The position numbers and the translations under genes are program-made. Of a DNA stretch of 64,000 bases, positions 26,612 through 36,795 are shown piece after piece. The stretch lies in assembly GCA_027315345.1 (NCBI GenBank), contig DAHUYE010000041.1, positions 3,204-67,203 of the forward strand. Direction: 5' to 3'. Every line of letters begins with the position of its first letter. Within the stretch, counting starts at the first letter, position 1. This DNA is from Actinomycetota bacterium. GTDB taxonomy: Bacteria > Actinomycetota > Acidimicrobiia > Acidimicrobiales > JAJPHE01. A model generated the notes under the pieces. That model was given only the letters and a program-made list of their open reading frames with translations, was not told the DNA's origin and made no database searches.

Positions 26612-28585
26612 GTGGCGTTGGAAGCAGCTGACGAAGGAACCGAGGAGACACCGCGGCCGCGCAGCGCCGCCACCAGTGGCTCCTACACCTCCAAGGACAT
26701 CACCGTTCTGGAGGGACTGGATCCGGTCCGCAAGCGCCCCGGCATGTACATCGGATCCACCGGCCCGTCCGGGCTGCACCATCTGGTCTGGGAGGTGGTG
26801 GACAACTCGGTGGACGAGGCCATGGCCGGCCACTGCACGCGCATCGACGTGACCCTTTTGGCCGACGGGGGCTGCCGGGTGGTCGATGACGGCCGCGGCA
26901 TTCCCACCGACCCCCATCCCCAACACAAGGGCAAGACCGGGGTGGAGATCGCCCTCACCATCCTCCACGCCGGCGGAAAGTTCGGCGGCGGCGGCTACAA
27001 GGTCTCCGGCGGCCTGCACGGCGTGGGGATCTCCGTCGTCAACGCCCTGTCCAGCCGCTTGATCGTCGAGGTCGACCAGAATGGAAAGCACCATCGGCTC
27101 GAATACGCCAACGGCGGTAAGCCCAAGGGCAAGCTGGAGGTCACCGGTGACGCTCCCCGGGGCCGGACCGGCACCACCGTCAGCTTCTGGCCCGACGCCA
27201 CCATCTTCGATGAGGTCGAGTTCCGGGCCCAGACCATTCTCGAGCGCCTCCAGATGTACGCCTTCTTGAACCGGGGCCTGGAGATCCGGTTCCGTGACGA
27301 GCGCAGCCCGGAGCGGTCCGACACCACCTTCAAGTACACCAACGGCATCGTCGACTTCGTCCGGCACCTGAACACGGCCAAGGAGGCTCTGTTCAGGAAG
27401 CCGGGCTACTTCGACCAGGCCGAGGAGACCCAGGAGGTCGAGGTCGCCTTCCAGTGGAACACCGGTTACAACGAAGGCATCCACTCCTTCGCCAACGGCA
27501 TCGCCACCACCGAGGGCGGCATGCACGAAGAGGGATTCAAGAAGGCCCTCACCAACGCCCTCAACAAGTACTCCCGGGGCAAGGGCCTGCTCAAGGAGAA
27601 GGATGAGAACCTGGCCGGTGAGGACATCCGCGAGGGCCTGACCGCCATCATCTCCGTGCGGCTGGCCGAGCCCCAGTTCGAGGGCCAGACCAAGACCAAG
27701 CTCGGCAATGTCTCCATGCGTTCGCTCTGTGAGCGGGCCACCAACGAAAAGCTGGGCGACTGGCTGGAAGAGCATCCCACCGAGGCCCGCCAGATCGTCC
27801 AGAAGGGCATCCAGGCGGCCCGGGCCCGCTCCGCCGCCCGCCAAGCCCGTGATCTGATCCGGCGCAAATCCTCCCTGGAGGGCGCCGGCATGCCCGAGAA
27901 GCTGCGGGACTGCTCCACCCGGGACCGGGACCAGGCCGAGCTGTTCATCGTGGAGGGGGACTCGGCCGGCGGCTCGGCGGTCAAGGCCCGTAACCCCGAG
28001 ACCCAGGCCATCCTGTCCATCCGGGGCAAGATCCTCAACGTCGAGCGGGCCCGCATCGACCGCATGCTCAAGAACAACGAGATCCAGAGCCTCATCGGCG
28101 CTATCGGGGCCGGGGTGGGCGAAGAGTTCGATGTGGACAAGATCCGCTACAACAAGGTGATCCTGCTCTGCGACGCCGACGTCGACGGCAGCCACATCCG
28201 GACCCTTCTGCTCACCTTCTTCTTCCGCCAGATGCGGCCCCTGGTCGAGTTGGGCCATGTGTACATCGCCCAGCCCCCGCTCTATTCGACCGTGGTGTCC
28301 CGGGAGAAGGTGTACCTGAAGGACGACGTGGCCCGGGAGCGGTTCCTGGCCGAACAGGCGCCCCGGAAGTTCGAGTTCCAGCGCCTGAAGGGACTGGGCG
28401 AGATGGACTTCGATGAGCTGGGCGAGACCACCATGGACGCGTCCCGCCGGACCCTGCTCCAGGTGTCCATCGAAGAGGCCGCCACCGCCGACCTGGTCTG
28501 CGCCGTGTTGATGGGAGATGACGTCGAGGTGCGCAAGCACTTCATCCAGACCAACGCCAAGGACGTGAGGTTCCTCGACATATGA
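26612..28585 (+). CDS. gyrB: DNA gyrase subunit B
   Basis: GHKL ATPase motifs (GLHHLVWEVVDNSVDEA, GGLHGVG), Toprim EGDSAGGS, RGKILNVE, PLKGL-like C-terminus. 657 aa. Confidence 0.97.
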   Translation: MALEAADEGTEETPRPRSAATSGSYTSKDITVLEGLDPVRKRPGMYIGSTGPSGLHHLVWEVVDNSVDEAMAGHCTRIDVTLLADGGCRVVDDGRGIPTDPHPQHKGKTGVEIALTILHAGGKFGGGGYKVSGGLHGVGISVVNALSSRLIVEVDQNGKHHRLEYANGGKPKGKLEVTGDAPRGRTGTTVSFWPDATIFDEVEFRAQTILERLQMYAFLNRGLEIRFRDERSPERSDTTFKYTNGIVDFVRHLNTAKEALFRKPGYFDQAEETQEVEVAFQWNTGYNEGIHSFANGIATTEGGMHEEGFKKALTNALNKYSRGKGLLKEKDENLAGEDIREGLTAIISVRLAEPQFEGQTKTKLGNVSMRSLCERATNEKLGDWLEEHPTEARQIVQKGIQAARARSAARQARDLIRRKSSLEGAGMPEKLRDCSTRDRDQAELFIVEGDSAGGSAVKARNPETQAILSIRGKILNVERARIDRMLKNNEIQSLIGAIGAGVGEEFDVDKIRYNKVILLCDADVDGSHIRTLLLTFFFRQMRPLVELGHVYIAQPPLYSTVVSREKVYLKDDVARERFLAEQAPRKFEFQRLKGLGEMDFDELGETTMDASRRTLLQVSIEEAATADLVCAVLMGDDVEVRKHFIQTNAKDVRFLDI

Positions 28586-31500
28586 CCGATGTAGTGGCCG
28601 GGGGGTCGGGCGGAAGCGATGATGACGGTGGTGACAACGGGGATGTGACCTTCGGCTCCATCGAGCCGATCGAGATCCAGGAGGAGATGGAACGCTCCTT
28701 CCTCGAATACGCCATGTCGGTGATCACCGGCCGGGCCCTGCCCGACGTGCGGGACGGGCTCAAGCCGGTCCAGCGCCGGATCCTCTACGGGATGTACGAC
28801 GTCGGTGTCGGTCCCAACCGGGCCCACATGAAGTGCGCCCGCATCAGTGGCGACGTGATGGGCCGGTTCCATCCCCATGGGGACTCCGCCATCTACGACG
28901 CTCTGGCCCGCATGGCCCAGGACTTCTCCCTGCGCCATCCGCTCATCGACGGGCACGGAAACTTTGGATCGCCTGACGATCCGCCGGCCGCAGCCAGATA
29001 CTGCGTGACCGCCGATACGCGGGTTCGTCTCCCGGGGGGAGCGAGCTACCGGATCGGGGAACTTGTCGGTCTGCCTGCCAACAGCGAGGCGGAAGCAGAC
29101 TTTGAGGTTCTCGACCGGGACGGTAAGGCGGTCCGGGTCACCAAGGTCTTCAACTCGGGCGTTCATCCGACCCGCCGGGTCGTCACCGACGAGGGCTTCG
29201 AGATCCGCGGCTCGCACAATCACCCCCTTCTCTGCCTGGTTCCCATGGCCGGGGTGCCCATGTTCCAGTGGTTGCAGTTGGATGAGATCACCCCGGGGAC
29301 CGTTGTCTGCATCGCCCGCAACGCCTGGAAGCAGGTGGTGCCCACCTCCCGCGAGTACAACCTCGGAGTTCTGCTGGGTGCCTGGGTGTCTGAGGGCTGG
29401 GTTTCTGAAGACAGGGCCGGCTTCAACAACGCCGACAACCATTTCTTCAACGAGGTGTTGCACGCCTACGACTCCATCATCGGACGCCACCGGTACGTCT
29501 CTTCCCGGCAGACCCGCCGGGACCGAAAGCGCATCTTCGAGATAGACGTCCAGAACATCGGAATGGTCGAGCTGCTGGCCGGGCCGCTGGTCGAGCTTTT
29601 GGGCAAGCGGGCTGCGGCCAAGGTGGTGCCCGAGGCGGTTTGGACCGGCGGCTGGGGCGTCAAGCGGGCCTTTCTGATGGCCTTGTTCGAGGGTGACGGA
29701 TGTGCGAGGAAGGCCATCGATGGCTTCACAATCCAGTACACCAGTTACAGCGAGACCTTGGCCCGACAGGTTCAGGAGTTGCTGGCGGAGTTCGGGATCA
29801 TCGCCACCCACAAGTCCTATGTCCGAGCCAGTGGGAACCGTGAGCACCGGCTGTTGATATCCGGGCTCCGCAATGTCCGGGCCTTTGCCGAGCGGGTCGG
29901 GTTCCTCAAGACCAAGCAGGCGATTCTGGAGGATCTGCTGGTCCGCTCTCCACTCCGCCCCCACCGCCTGAGCCGGGATCACTTTCCCTACGTGGCCGAA
30001 TACGTTCGGTCCAGCTTGGAGCCCGGCCGGCGGGGCACCGGCAAGGACTGGCTGGAGCGCCATAATTTCGACCGGGTTGAACGGTGGGAGACCGAGAGGC
30101 TCCGCATCATCGACCGGATCAAGGACGTGGAGACCCTTCAGGTCATCCTCCCCATCATGGACTCCGGCTACCGCTTCGCAACGGTGGCAGTGGTAGAGGA
30201 GGCCGGCCCTGCAGAGGTGTTCTCTCTCAAGGTTGATAGCGAGGACCACTCCTTCCTGGCCGGCGGGTTCGTCAACCACAACACGGAGTGCCGGTTGGCG
30301 CCGCTGGCCATGCAGATGCTGGCCGGCATCGATGAGGACACGGTCGACTTCGCCGACAACTACTCGGGGGAGATGCAGGAGCCCCTGGTGCTCCCGTCCC
30401 GGTTCCCCAACCTGCTGGTCAACGGCAGCCAGGGCATCGCGGTGGGGATGGCCACCAACATCCCGCCCCACAACCTGGGTGAGGTCATCGATGCCGTCGT
30501 GCATCTGATCGACCATCCCGAAGCGACCCCGGATGAGCTCATGCAGTTCGTCAAGGGCCCCGACTTCCCCACTGGTGGGTTGATCCTGGGCCGTTCCGGG
30601 ATCATGGACGCCTTCCGCACCGGCCGGGGGTCTATCCGGATGCGGGCCAAGGCCGAGATCGAGGAGACCAAGCGGGGCACGGCCATCGTGGTCACCGAGC
30701 TGCCCTACCAGACCAGCGCCGGCTCCATCGCCGCCAAGATCCGGGACCTGGTCGACAGCCGGGATCTCGACGGGGTGCGGGATGTCAACGATGAGTCGGC
30801 CCAGGGCCGGACCCGTCTGGTGGTCCACGTCAAGCGGGACGCCAACGCCAACGTGCTGTTGAACAACCTCTACAAGCACACGCCGTTGCAGACCAGTTTC
30901 GGGGTCAACACCGTCGCCCTGGTGGACGGCATTCCTCGCACCTTGAACCTGCGCGATGCGCTGCTGGCCTACGTCGAGCACCAGGTCGAGGTCATCCGCC
31001 GCCGGTCCGAGTTCAGGCTGGCCAAAGCCCGGGCCCGGGCCCACATCGTCGAAGGGCTGCTCAAGGCCCTCGACATGATCGACGCCATAATCGTCCTGAT
31101 CCGCGGTTCCGAGGACCGCTCGGCCGCCCGGGACGGGCTCATGGCCGCCCCCTTCGAGTTCAGCGAGATCCAGGCCAACCACATCCTGGACATGACCCTG
31201 GGCCGGCTCACCCGCCTGGGCCGTTCTGAGCTGGATGCCGAGATGGCCGAACTGCGCGAGACCATGGCCGACCTGGAGGCCATCCTGGGTGACGAGGGCC
31301 GGTTGCGCAGCGTCATCAAGGAAGAGATCGGGGAGATCAAAGAGAAGTTCGCCACGCCCCGCCTCTCCCAGATCGTTTTCGACCCGGGTGAACTCGGGGT
31401 CGAGGACCTGATCGAGGACGAGGAGCTGGTGGTCACCATGACCCGGGCCGGCTACATCAAGGCCGTCCAGGCCGGCGCCTTCCGCACCCAGGGCCGGGGT

Positions 31501-32352
31501 GGGCGCGGCGTGCAGGGGGCCCGCCTGCGGGAGGAGGATCTGGTGAGCCAGATCCTGCACACCACCGCCCATACCTACCTGCTGTTCTTCTCCAACACCG
31601 GCCGGGTCTACCGCCTCAAGGCCCATGAGATTCCCATCAAGGAGCGCACGGCCCGCGGGACGGCCGTGGTCAACCTGCTCCCCCTCGCCCCGGGCGAGAC
31701 GGTGCAGGCCATCGTGGCCACCCGGGACTACCCCGAGGACCGCTTTCTCTTCTTCGCCACCCGGAAGGGTCAGGTCAAGAAGACGGCCTTCTCCGAATAC
31801 GACAAGTCCCGCCGCGAGGGCTTCATCGCCATCAACCTCCGGGAGGACGACCAGCTGGTCCGGGTGGTCCAGACCGGCGGCCAGGACGACATCTTCATGG
31901 TCAGCCGGGCCGGGATGACCATCCGTTTCAACGAGGAGGAAGTCCGGCCCATGGGCCGGGACGCGGCCGGGGTGCGAGGCATGCGCCTGCGGGCCGATGA
32001 CGAAGTGGTCTCCATCGACGTGGCCGCCGATGAGAGCGACATCCTGATCGTCACCGACGCCGGCTACGGAAAGCGGACCAAGCTGGAGCGCTTCAACCGG
32101 CAGGGCCGGGGCGGCCAGGGGGTCCGGGGAATCCGCCTCACCGCCCGCCGGGGATTCGTGGTGGCCGCCTTCATGGTCGGCCTGGACGATGAGATCTTCC
32201 TCATCTCCTCGGGGGGAGTGACCATCCGGACCGAGGTCCGCCAGATCTCCTCCCAGGGCCGCGACGCCACCGGGGTCCGGGTCATGCAGCTGGACTCGGA
32301 TCAGACGGTGGCCTCGGTGGCGCCCATTCTCTCCCTGGACGAGGAGGAGTAG
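28582..32352 (+). CDS. gyrA: DNA gyrase subunit A precursor containing an intein
   Basis: 1256 aa in total, 829 aa after removal of the 427-aa insert. Motifs AMSVITGRALPDVRDGLKPVQRRILY and HPHGD. The active-site sequence ...PPAAARY|C...HN|TECRLAPLA is interrupted. Confidence 0.97.
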   Translation: MTDVVAGGSGGSDDDGGDNGDVTFGSIEPIEIQEEMERSFLEYAMSVITGRALPDVRDGLKPVQRRILYGMYDVGVGPNRAHMKCARISGDVMGRFHPHGDSAIYDALARMAQDFSLRHPLIDGHGNFGSPDDPPAAARYCVTADTRVRLPGGASYRIGELVGLPANSEAEADFEVLDRDGKAVRVTKVFNSGVHPTRRVVTDEGFEIRGSHNHPLLCLVPMAGVPMFQWLQLDEITPGTVVCIARNAWKQVVPTSREYNLGVLLGAWVSEGWVSEDRAGFNNADNHFFNEVLHAYDSIIGRHRYVSSRQTRRDRKRIFEIDVQNIGMVELLAGPLVELLGKRAAAKVVPEAVWTGGWGVKRAFLMALFEGDGCARKAIDGFTIQYTSYSETLARQVQELLAEFGIIATHKSYVRASGNREHRLLISGLRNVRAFAERVGFLKTKQAILEDLLVRSPLRPHRLSRDHFPYVAEYVRSSLEPGRRGTGKDWLERHNFDRVERWETERLRIIDRIKDVETLQVILPIMDSGYRFATVAVVEEAGPAEVFSLKVDSEDHSFLAGGFVNHNTECRLAPLAMQMLAGIDEDTVDFADNYSGEMQEPLVLPSRFPNLLVNGSQGIAVGMATNIPPHNLGEVIDAVVHLIDHPEATPDELMQFVKGPDFPTGGLILGRSGIMDAFRTGRGSIRMRAKAEIEETKRGTAIVVTELPYQTSAGSIAAKIRDLVDSRDLDGVRDVNDESAQGRTRLVVHVKRDANANVLLNNLYKHTPLQTSFGVNTVALVDGIPRTLNLRDALLAYVEHQVEVIRRRSEFRLAKARARAHIVEGLLKALDMIDAIIVLIRGSEDRSAARDGLMAAPFEFSEIQANHILDMTLGRLTRLGRSELDAEMAELRETMADLEAILGDEGRLRSVIKEEIGEIKEKFATPRLSQIVFDPGELGVEDLIEDEELVVTMTRAGYIKAVQAGAFRTQGRGGRGVQGARLREEDLVSQILHTTAHTYLLFFSNTGRVYRLKAHEIPIKERTARGTAVVNLLPLAPGETVQAIVATRDYPEDRFLFFATRKGQVKKTAFSEYDKSRREGFIAINLREDDQLVRVVQTGGQDDIFMVSRAGMTIRFNEEEVRPMGRDAAGVRGMRLRADDEVVSIDVAADESDILIVTDAGYGKRTKLERFNRQGRGGQGVRGIRLTARRGFVVAAFMVGLDDEIFLISSGGVTIRTEVRQISSQGRDATGVRVMQLDSDQTVASVAPILSLDEEE
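29002..30282 (+). mobile_element. GyrA intein (427 aa) with LAGLIDADG homing-endonuclease domain, inserted directly after the catalytic Tyr
   Basis: Starts with Cys (CVTADTRV) and ends FVNHN, with +1 Thr. Block B is IRGSHNHPLL. LAGLIDADG motifs are LGVLLGAWVSEGW and FLMALFEGDGCA. Flanking exteins rejoin to the canonical ...AARY-TECRL gyrase motif. Confidence 0.93.
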
Positions 32353-32357
32353 CCGGC

Positions 32358-32798
32358 GTGGCGGCGGCGCCGGCCCGCCGGGGCGAGGGGAGACCGGTGC
32401 TGACCACCGTCATCCCGGCCCGGGGCCAGGCCGGCCACGTCCTGCGCCAGCTGGATGTCCGGTCCGTGGCCCGGTTCTCGCTGTTGTTCTACCTGACCAT
32501 GGTGGCGGTGTTCCTGGTCATGGCCGTCGTCCTCTACGCCCTGGCCGCCGCCGCCGGACTGATCACCGGCTTCGAGCGCTTCATCCAGAGCCTGTTCGGA
32601 TTCACCTACTTCCGTTTCGCCCCGGTGAGGTTGTTCCTCGGGGTACTCATCACCGGGGTGGCCCTGAGCCTGCTGGGGACCCTGTTCAACGTGGTGGCCG
32701 CCGTCATCTACAACCTGATCTCCGACGTCAGCGGAGGAATCGCGGTGCGCATCGAGGACCGCCATGGCCCCGGAGGTCCTCTGCGCCCGCGGGTCTGA
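32358..32798 (+). CDS. DUF3566 membrane protein (Rv0007 position)
   Basis: GTG start. LRQLDVRSVARFSLLFYL... then two TM helices and the FNVVAAVIYNLISDVSGG tail, typical of the protein downstream of actinobacterial gyrA. Confidence 0.8.
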   Translation: MAAAPARRGEGRPVLTTVIPARGQAGHVLRQLDVRSVARFSLLFYLTMVAVFLVMAVVLYALAAAAGLITGFERFIQSLFGFTYFRFAPVRLFLGVLITGVALSLLGTLFNVVAAVIYNLISDVSGGIAVRIEDRHGPGGPLRPRV

Positions 32799-32857
32799 GC
32801 CTCCTGGGCAACCGGGCCATGGTGGAAGGTTGGCGGCTGGTCCTCTAGAAACTATCG

Positions 32858-33658
32858 ATGCTCAGACTCCCAGGCCGCGGCCGAACCCGGTGGCGCGACG
32901 AGGTTGCGGTCGTTACCGGCGCCTCCTCGGGACTGGGCCGGCGCCTGGCCCTGGACCTGGCCACCTCCGGGGCCACCGTGGTGGGCCTGGCCAGGCGCTC
33001 ATCTCTGCTCGACACCTTGGCCGAGGAGATGAGGCGAACCAGCCCAAACTCCTCCTGCCGGGTGGTCGACGTCTCCGATGTGGAGGGCTACCTCAGGCAT
33101 CTGGGTGAGATCGAAGCCGAGCACGGACGGATCGATCTCCTATTGAACGTGGCCGGCCACGGTGGGCTGCGCCGGTCCGAGTGGCCGGAGATGCGCCCGG
33201 TCAGGAAGGTCATGGAGATCAACTTCTTTGCCCCCTACGCCTCCTTGTTGGCGGTCGTCCCCGGCATGCGGGCCCGTGGGCATGGAATCGTGGCCAATGT
33301 GGTCAGCGACGATGTCCGGGCCCCCGGGCCCGGCCCCGGTGACTACGAAGCCTCCAAGGCGGCCCTCGCCGCCGCTACCGAGAGCCTCTCCTATGTGGCC
33401 GGCCGCGACGGCGTCCACCTTCATGTCGTCTATCCGGCCTGGATGCCCACGGCCATGGGCCGGGCGGCGGTCTCCAAGGGCGGCGTCCCCGTGCCCCCCC
33501 GGGCCGCCCGCCGGAGCGAGGAGCACGTCTCGGGGGTCATCCTGAGGCGCCTGGGTGGGGAACGGATCGAGATCAACGGAGCGGCCCTGCCCCTCCTGGC
33601 CCCGTTGGCCCGAGTGGTCGTACCCCGCCTTTACCACCGCCTCCGCCCCCACTTCTAG
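32858..33658 (+). CDS. SDR family oxidoreductase
   Basis: VAVVTGASSGLGRRLA (TGxxxGxG) and YEASKAAL (YxxxK). Confidence 0.88.
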   Translation: MLRLPGRGRTRWRDEVAVVTGASSGLGRRLALDLATSGATVVGLARRSSLLDTLAEEMRRTSPNSSCRVVDVSDVEGYLRHLGEIEAEHGRIDLLLNVAGHGGLRRSEWPEMRPVRKVMEINFFAPYASLLAVVPGMRARGHGIVANVVSDDVRAPGPGPGDYEASKAALAAATESLSYVAGRDGVHLHVVYPAWMPTAMGRAAVSKGGVPVPPRAARRSEEHVSGVILRRLGGERIEINGAALPLLAPLARVVVPRLYHRLRPHF

Positions 33659-33825
33659 GCCAGATCGACCCGGGGCCGCCGCCGCCGAGCGGATGCGGTC
33701 ACATGTGGCCAGTGCCGGGGTGCCCCTCTATTACGCTGTCGGTGGCGAACCTGGGAAGGGTGACGACGACCGCCGAGGAGTGTCAAGCAGCGAGGTCGCA
33801 AGGTCAGACGCACCACTCCTGTTCC

Positions 33826-33899
33826 GGGGCTATAGCTCAGTTGGTTAGAGCGCAGCACTGATAATGCTGAGGTCCGTGGTTCGAATCCACGTAGCCCCA
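33826..33899 (+). tRNA. tRNA-Ile (anticodon GAT)
   Basis: Cloverleaf folded by hand. Acceptor GGGGCTA/TAGCCCC, anticodon loop CTGATAA, T-loop GGTTCGAATCC. CCA is not encoded. Confidence 0.93.
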
Positions 33900-33925
33900 C
33901 CGTCGCCGAGTCGTAACCTCGGGAA

Positions 33926-34570
33926 ATGACACAGACACCCGGCTCCGATGGCCAACTAGCGGAGCACTGGGATGCGGCTTACGGTGCCGCTGGGGCCACC
34001 GCCGTGAGTTGGTTCGAGCCTGGGGCCGCCACGTCTATCGAGTTGATCGAGCGGCTGGCGATTCCCAGGACTGCCGCCGTGATCGACATCGGCGGGGGAG
34101 CCTCGGCGTTGGTCGATGGTCTGGTCGAACGGGGCTATACCGACATCTCGGTACTGGATGTATCCAAGACGGCCCTGGCGGAGGTCCGGCACCGCTTGGC
34201 GCCGGACGCCCCGGTATCGCTGCTCGAGGGTGACTTCTTCGCCTGGCGTCCGGAGCGTCAGTACGACCTGTGGCACGACCGGGCCCTGTTCCACTTCCTG
34301 GTCGACGAGGGCCGGATCGGGGCCTATCTCAGGACCCTGCGGTCGGCCCTGCGTCCGGATGGCCACGTCATCATGGCGACCTTCGCCCCGGATGGCCCCG
34401 AGTACTGCTCGGGCCTGCCTGTATCGCGATACTCGGCCTCCGCTGTGGCCGAGAGATTGGGTTCGGGCTTCGACCTGGTGGAAACGTGCCGGGCAGAGCA
34501 CGTGACCCCGGCTGGTGTCGTCCAACCCTTCACCTGGGTGGTGGCCCGGCACATCGGCGGCGGCGGCTAA
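33926..34570 (+). CDS. Class I SAM-dependent methyltransferase
   Basis: Motif I VIDIGGGASALV and acidic VLDVS. 214 aa. Substrate unknown. Confidence 0.8.
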   Translation: MTQTPGSDGQLAEHWDAAYGAAGATAVSWFEPGAATSIELIERLAIPRTAAVIDIGGGASALVDGLVERGYTDISVLDVSKTALAEVRHRLAPDAPVSLLEGDFFAWRPERQYDLWHDRALFHFLVDEGRIGAYLRTLRSALRPDGHVIMATFAPDGPEYCSGLPVSRYSASAVAERLGSGFDLVETCRAEHVTPAGVVQPFTWVVARHIGGGG

Positions 34571-34574
34571 GGCG

Positions 34575-35978
34575 TCAGACCGGCGCCGAGCCGTTGGCGG
34601 TCGCCCAGGCGCCGAACCCGCCGAGCAGATCGGACACGTCGGTGAACCCGTTCGCCTCCATCAGGCTGGACGCGGCGATGGAGCGGTAGCCGCCGGCGCA
34701 GTAGACGAGCACCGGTCGCTCCGGATCGAGTTGGCCGATGTCACCGAGGAGTCGGGGCAGGGGCAGGTTGACCGAACCGGGCAGAGCCCCCTCGGCCGAC
34801 TCCCCCGGGTTGCGGACGTCAACCACCTGGATGTCGGCCAGGCCGCGGATGTGGCGGTCCACCTGGCCGGCGTCCAGGCGGCTGCTCGAAGCGACCAGGG
34901 CCGGGTCGTCCACCAGGGCCCCGGGTTCGGTCACGGCGCCGGTGACGGAGTCCACCCCGACCCGGGCCAGGCGCAGCCGAGCCTCCTCGACCTGCTCGGG
35001 GGTCCCGAAGAGGATCACCTCCTGACCGGGGGTGTGCACGGCGGCGGCGTATTCGGCAAAGCGCCCCGACAGCCCGACGTTCACCGCCCCCCGGAGATGG
35101 CCGGCGGCAAAAGACTGGTCGTCGCGGACGTCGAGAAGTAGAGCGGCCTGGGACGCCCGCCGGACCGCCTCGGCCGGTGTGACGCCGGGTACCGGGGTGG
35201 CCGGGTCGAAGGGCAGGTGGCCGGCCCGGTTGAGCGCCACGTCCTCGCTGAAGTAGGCCGGGGGCTCGGCCAGGCCCTGGGTCACGGCGGCCACGAACTC
35301 CTCCTCGCTCATCGGAGCCAGTGCGTAGTTCGACCGGCGCTGCTGGCCGAGGGTCGAGAAGGTCTCCGAGGACAGGGCCTTGCCACACGCACTGCCGGCG
35401 CCGTGGCCGGGGTAGACCAGGACGTCGTCGGGCAAAGGGAGGATCTTCGCCCGCAGGGACCGGTACAGCTCGGCTGCCATCTGCTGGGCGGTCCGGCCGC
35501 TGGCACCGAGCAGGTCGGGCCGGCCCACGTCCCCGATGAAGAGGGTGTCCCCGGTGAGCAGGGCGTGGGGGGCGGCATCCGAGCCGTGCTCGAAGACGGC
35601 TATGGAGATCGACTCCGGGGTGTGGCCGGGCGTGGCCATCACCTCCAGCACGACTCCGGAGCCGGGGTCACCGAGGGCCAGGCGTTCACCGTCGGCCAGG
35701 CGGTGAACCGGAAAGGAGACCGGGGCCGCCTCACCCATGGCCACCTGGGCCCCGGTGGCGGCGGCCAACTCGGTGTGACCCGGGACGAAGTCGGCGTGGA
35801 CGTGGGTGAGCAGGATCCATTTGATGACCAGTCCGTGATCGGCGGCGTAGCTCAGGTACTCATCCACGTCCCGCCTCGGGTCGATGACGGCGGCCTGACC
35901 CGTTGCCTCGTCGGCTACGACATAGGAAGCCTGCGAAAGACAGCCGAGGTAAATCTGCTCGATGATCACGGTGCGCAC
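34575..35978 (-). CDS. CstB-like persulfide dioxygenase-sulfurtransferase fusion (MBL + non-catalytic rhodanese-homology domain + catalytic rhodanese)
   Basis: MBL metal motif LLTHVHADFVPG and YPGHGAGSACG. The middle rhodanese-like domain lacks Cys in its loop (ILFGTPEQ). The C-terminal rhodanese has the active loop YCAGGYRS. Confidence 0.8.
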   Translation of the reverse strand: MRTVIIEQIYLGCLSQASYVVADEATGQAAVIDPRRDVDEYLSYAADHGLVIKWILLTHVHADFVPGHTELAAATGAQVAMGEAAPVSFPVHRLADGERLALGDPGSGVVLEVMATPGHTPESISIAVFEHGSDAAPHALLTGDTLFIGDVGRPDLLGASGRTAQQMAAELYRSLRAKILPLPDDVLVYPGHGAGSACGKALSSETFSTLGQQRRSNYALAPMSEEEFVAAVTQGLAEPPAYFSEDVALNRAGHLPFDPATPVPGVTPAEAVRRASQAALLLDVRDDQSFAAGHLRGAVNVGLSGRFAEYAAAVHTPGQEVILFGTPEQVEEARLRLARVGVDSVTGAVTEPGALVDDPALVASSSRLDAGQVDRHIRGLADIQVVDVRNPGESAEGALPGSVNLPLPRLLGDIGQLDPERPVLVYCAGGYRSIAASSLMEANGFTDVSDLLGGFGAWATANGSAPV

Positions 35979-35994
35979 TTTCCTCTCTGGGCGG

Positions 35995-36222
35995 TCAGCC
36001 CTTGCGGATCAGGTATCTGTAGCCACCATCCAATAGGTCCGTGCCGATCAAGTCGTGGCCCATGTCCCGGGCCCACGCCGGGATGTCGCGGCAGCTGCCT
36101 GGATCGGTGGCCTCCAGGGCCATCAGCTGGCCCGACTCGATGTTGGCCATGCCCTTGCGGGCCATGACGACCGGCATCGGACAACTCTTACCCTTGGCGT
36201 CGACGACTATGTCTGGGTCCAC
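35995..36222 (-). CDS. tusA: TusA-family sulfur carrier
   Basis: 75 aa. Signature DAKGKSCPMPVV (CPxP). Confidence 0.88.
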   Translation of the reverse strand: MDPDIVVDAKGKSCPMPVVMARKGMANIESGQLMALEATDPGSCRDIPAWARDMGHDLIGTDLLDGGYRYLIRKG

Positions 36223-36257
36223 GTGGACTTCCTTTCCCCTTGGCTACCAGGGCCAGA

Positions 36258-36758
36258 TCAGATGAACAGGTTGATGGATGACCGCTGCATCTCCGACAGG
36301 GCACTGGCGGCGCCGACCGGCTCACCTACGCCGTCGACCAGGTCCTTGGTGGTGAGGCCCAGGAGGTCCATGGTCATCTGGCAGGGCCACAGGTTCACAT
36401 CCAGGTCGCGGCAGACCTGAAGCAACTCGGTCGGGCTGGCCACCTGATGACGTTCGGCCAGCGCCTTCATCATCCTGGGTCCGGCCCCGCCCATGTTGAG
36501 CTTGGAGAGCTTGCTGCGGGAGAGGCCGGGTGCGTTCATGGTGGACAAGGCCTTGGTCATCCAGTCGCTGCCGGTGATCCTCCTTTCCTCCTTCACCAGA
36601 CTGAACAGACCCCAGAAGGTGAAGAAGATGGTCACCTCCATGTCGTAGGCCGCCGCCGTGCTGGCCAGTATCAGCTGGGGCCACACCCGGTCGAGGTCCC
36701 CGCTCCAGGCCACCAGCGTCATGCGCTGGACCTGGTCGGTCTTGGAGAGTTCTTCCAT
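36258..36758 (-). CDS. DsrE/DsrF-like sulfur-relay family protein
   Basis: 166 aa. The VTIFFTFWGL...VNLWPCQMTMDL pattern matches the soluble DsrE-like proteins that partner with TusA. Confidence 0.75.
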   Translation of the reverse strand: MEELSKTDQVQRMTLVAWSGDLDRVWPQLILASTAAAYDMEVTIFFTFWGLFSLVKEERRITGSDWMTKALSTMNAPGLSRSKLSKLNMGGAGPRMMKALAERHQVASPTELLQVCRDLDVNLWPCQMTMDLLGLTTKDLVDGVGEPVGAASALSEMQRSSINLFI

Positions 36759-36795
36759 CGAGTTCCTCCCTGGGCGCCGGCACCACCTTTACCGG

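Noticed and set aside
28282-31626. 1114-aa ORF on the minus strand (the longest non-annotated ORF in the track)
   Set aside because: It is entirely antisense to gyrB/gyrA, whose identity is unambiguous. Its composition is Gly/Arg/Pro/Val-rich with no recognisable motifs. This is the typical stop-codon-poor antisense frame of a high-GC genome.
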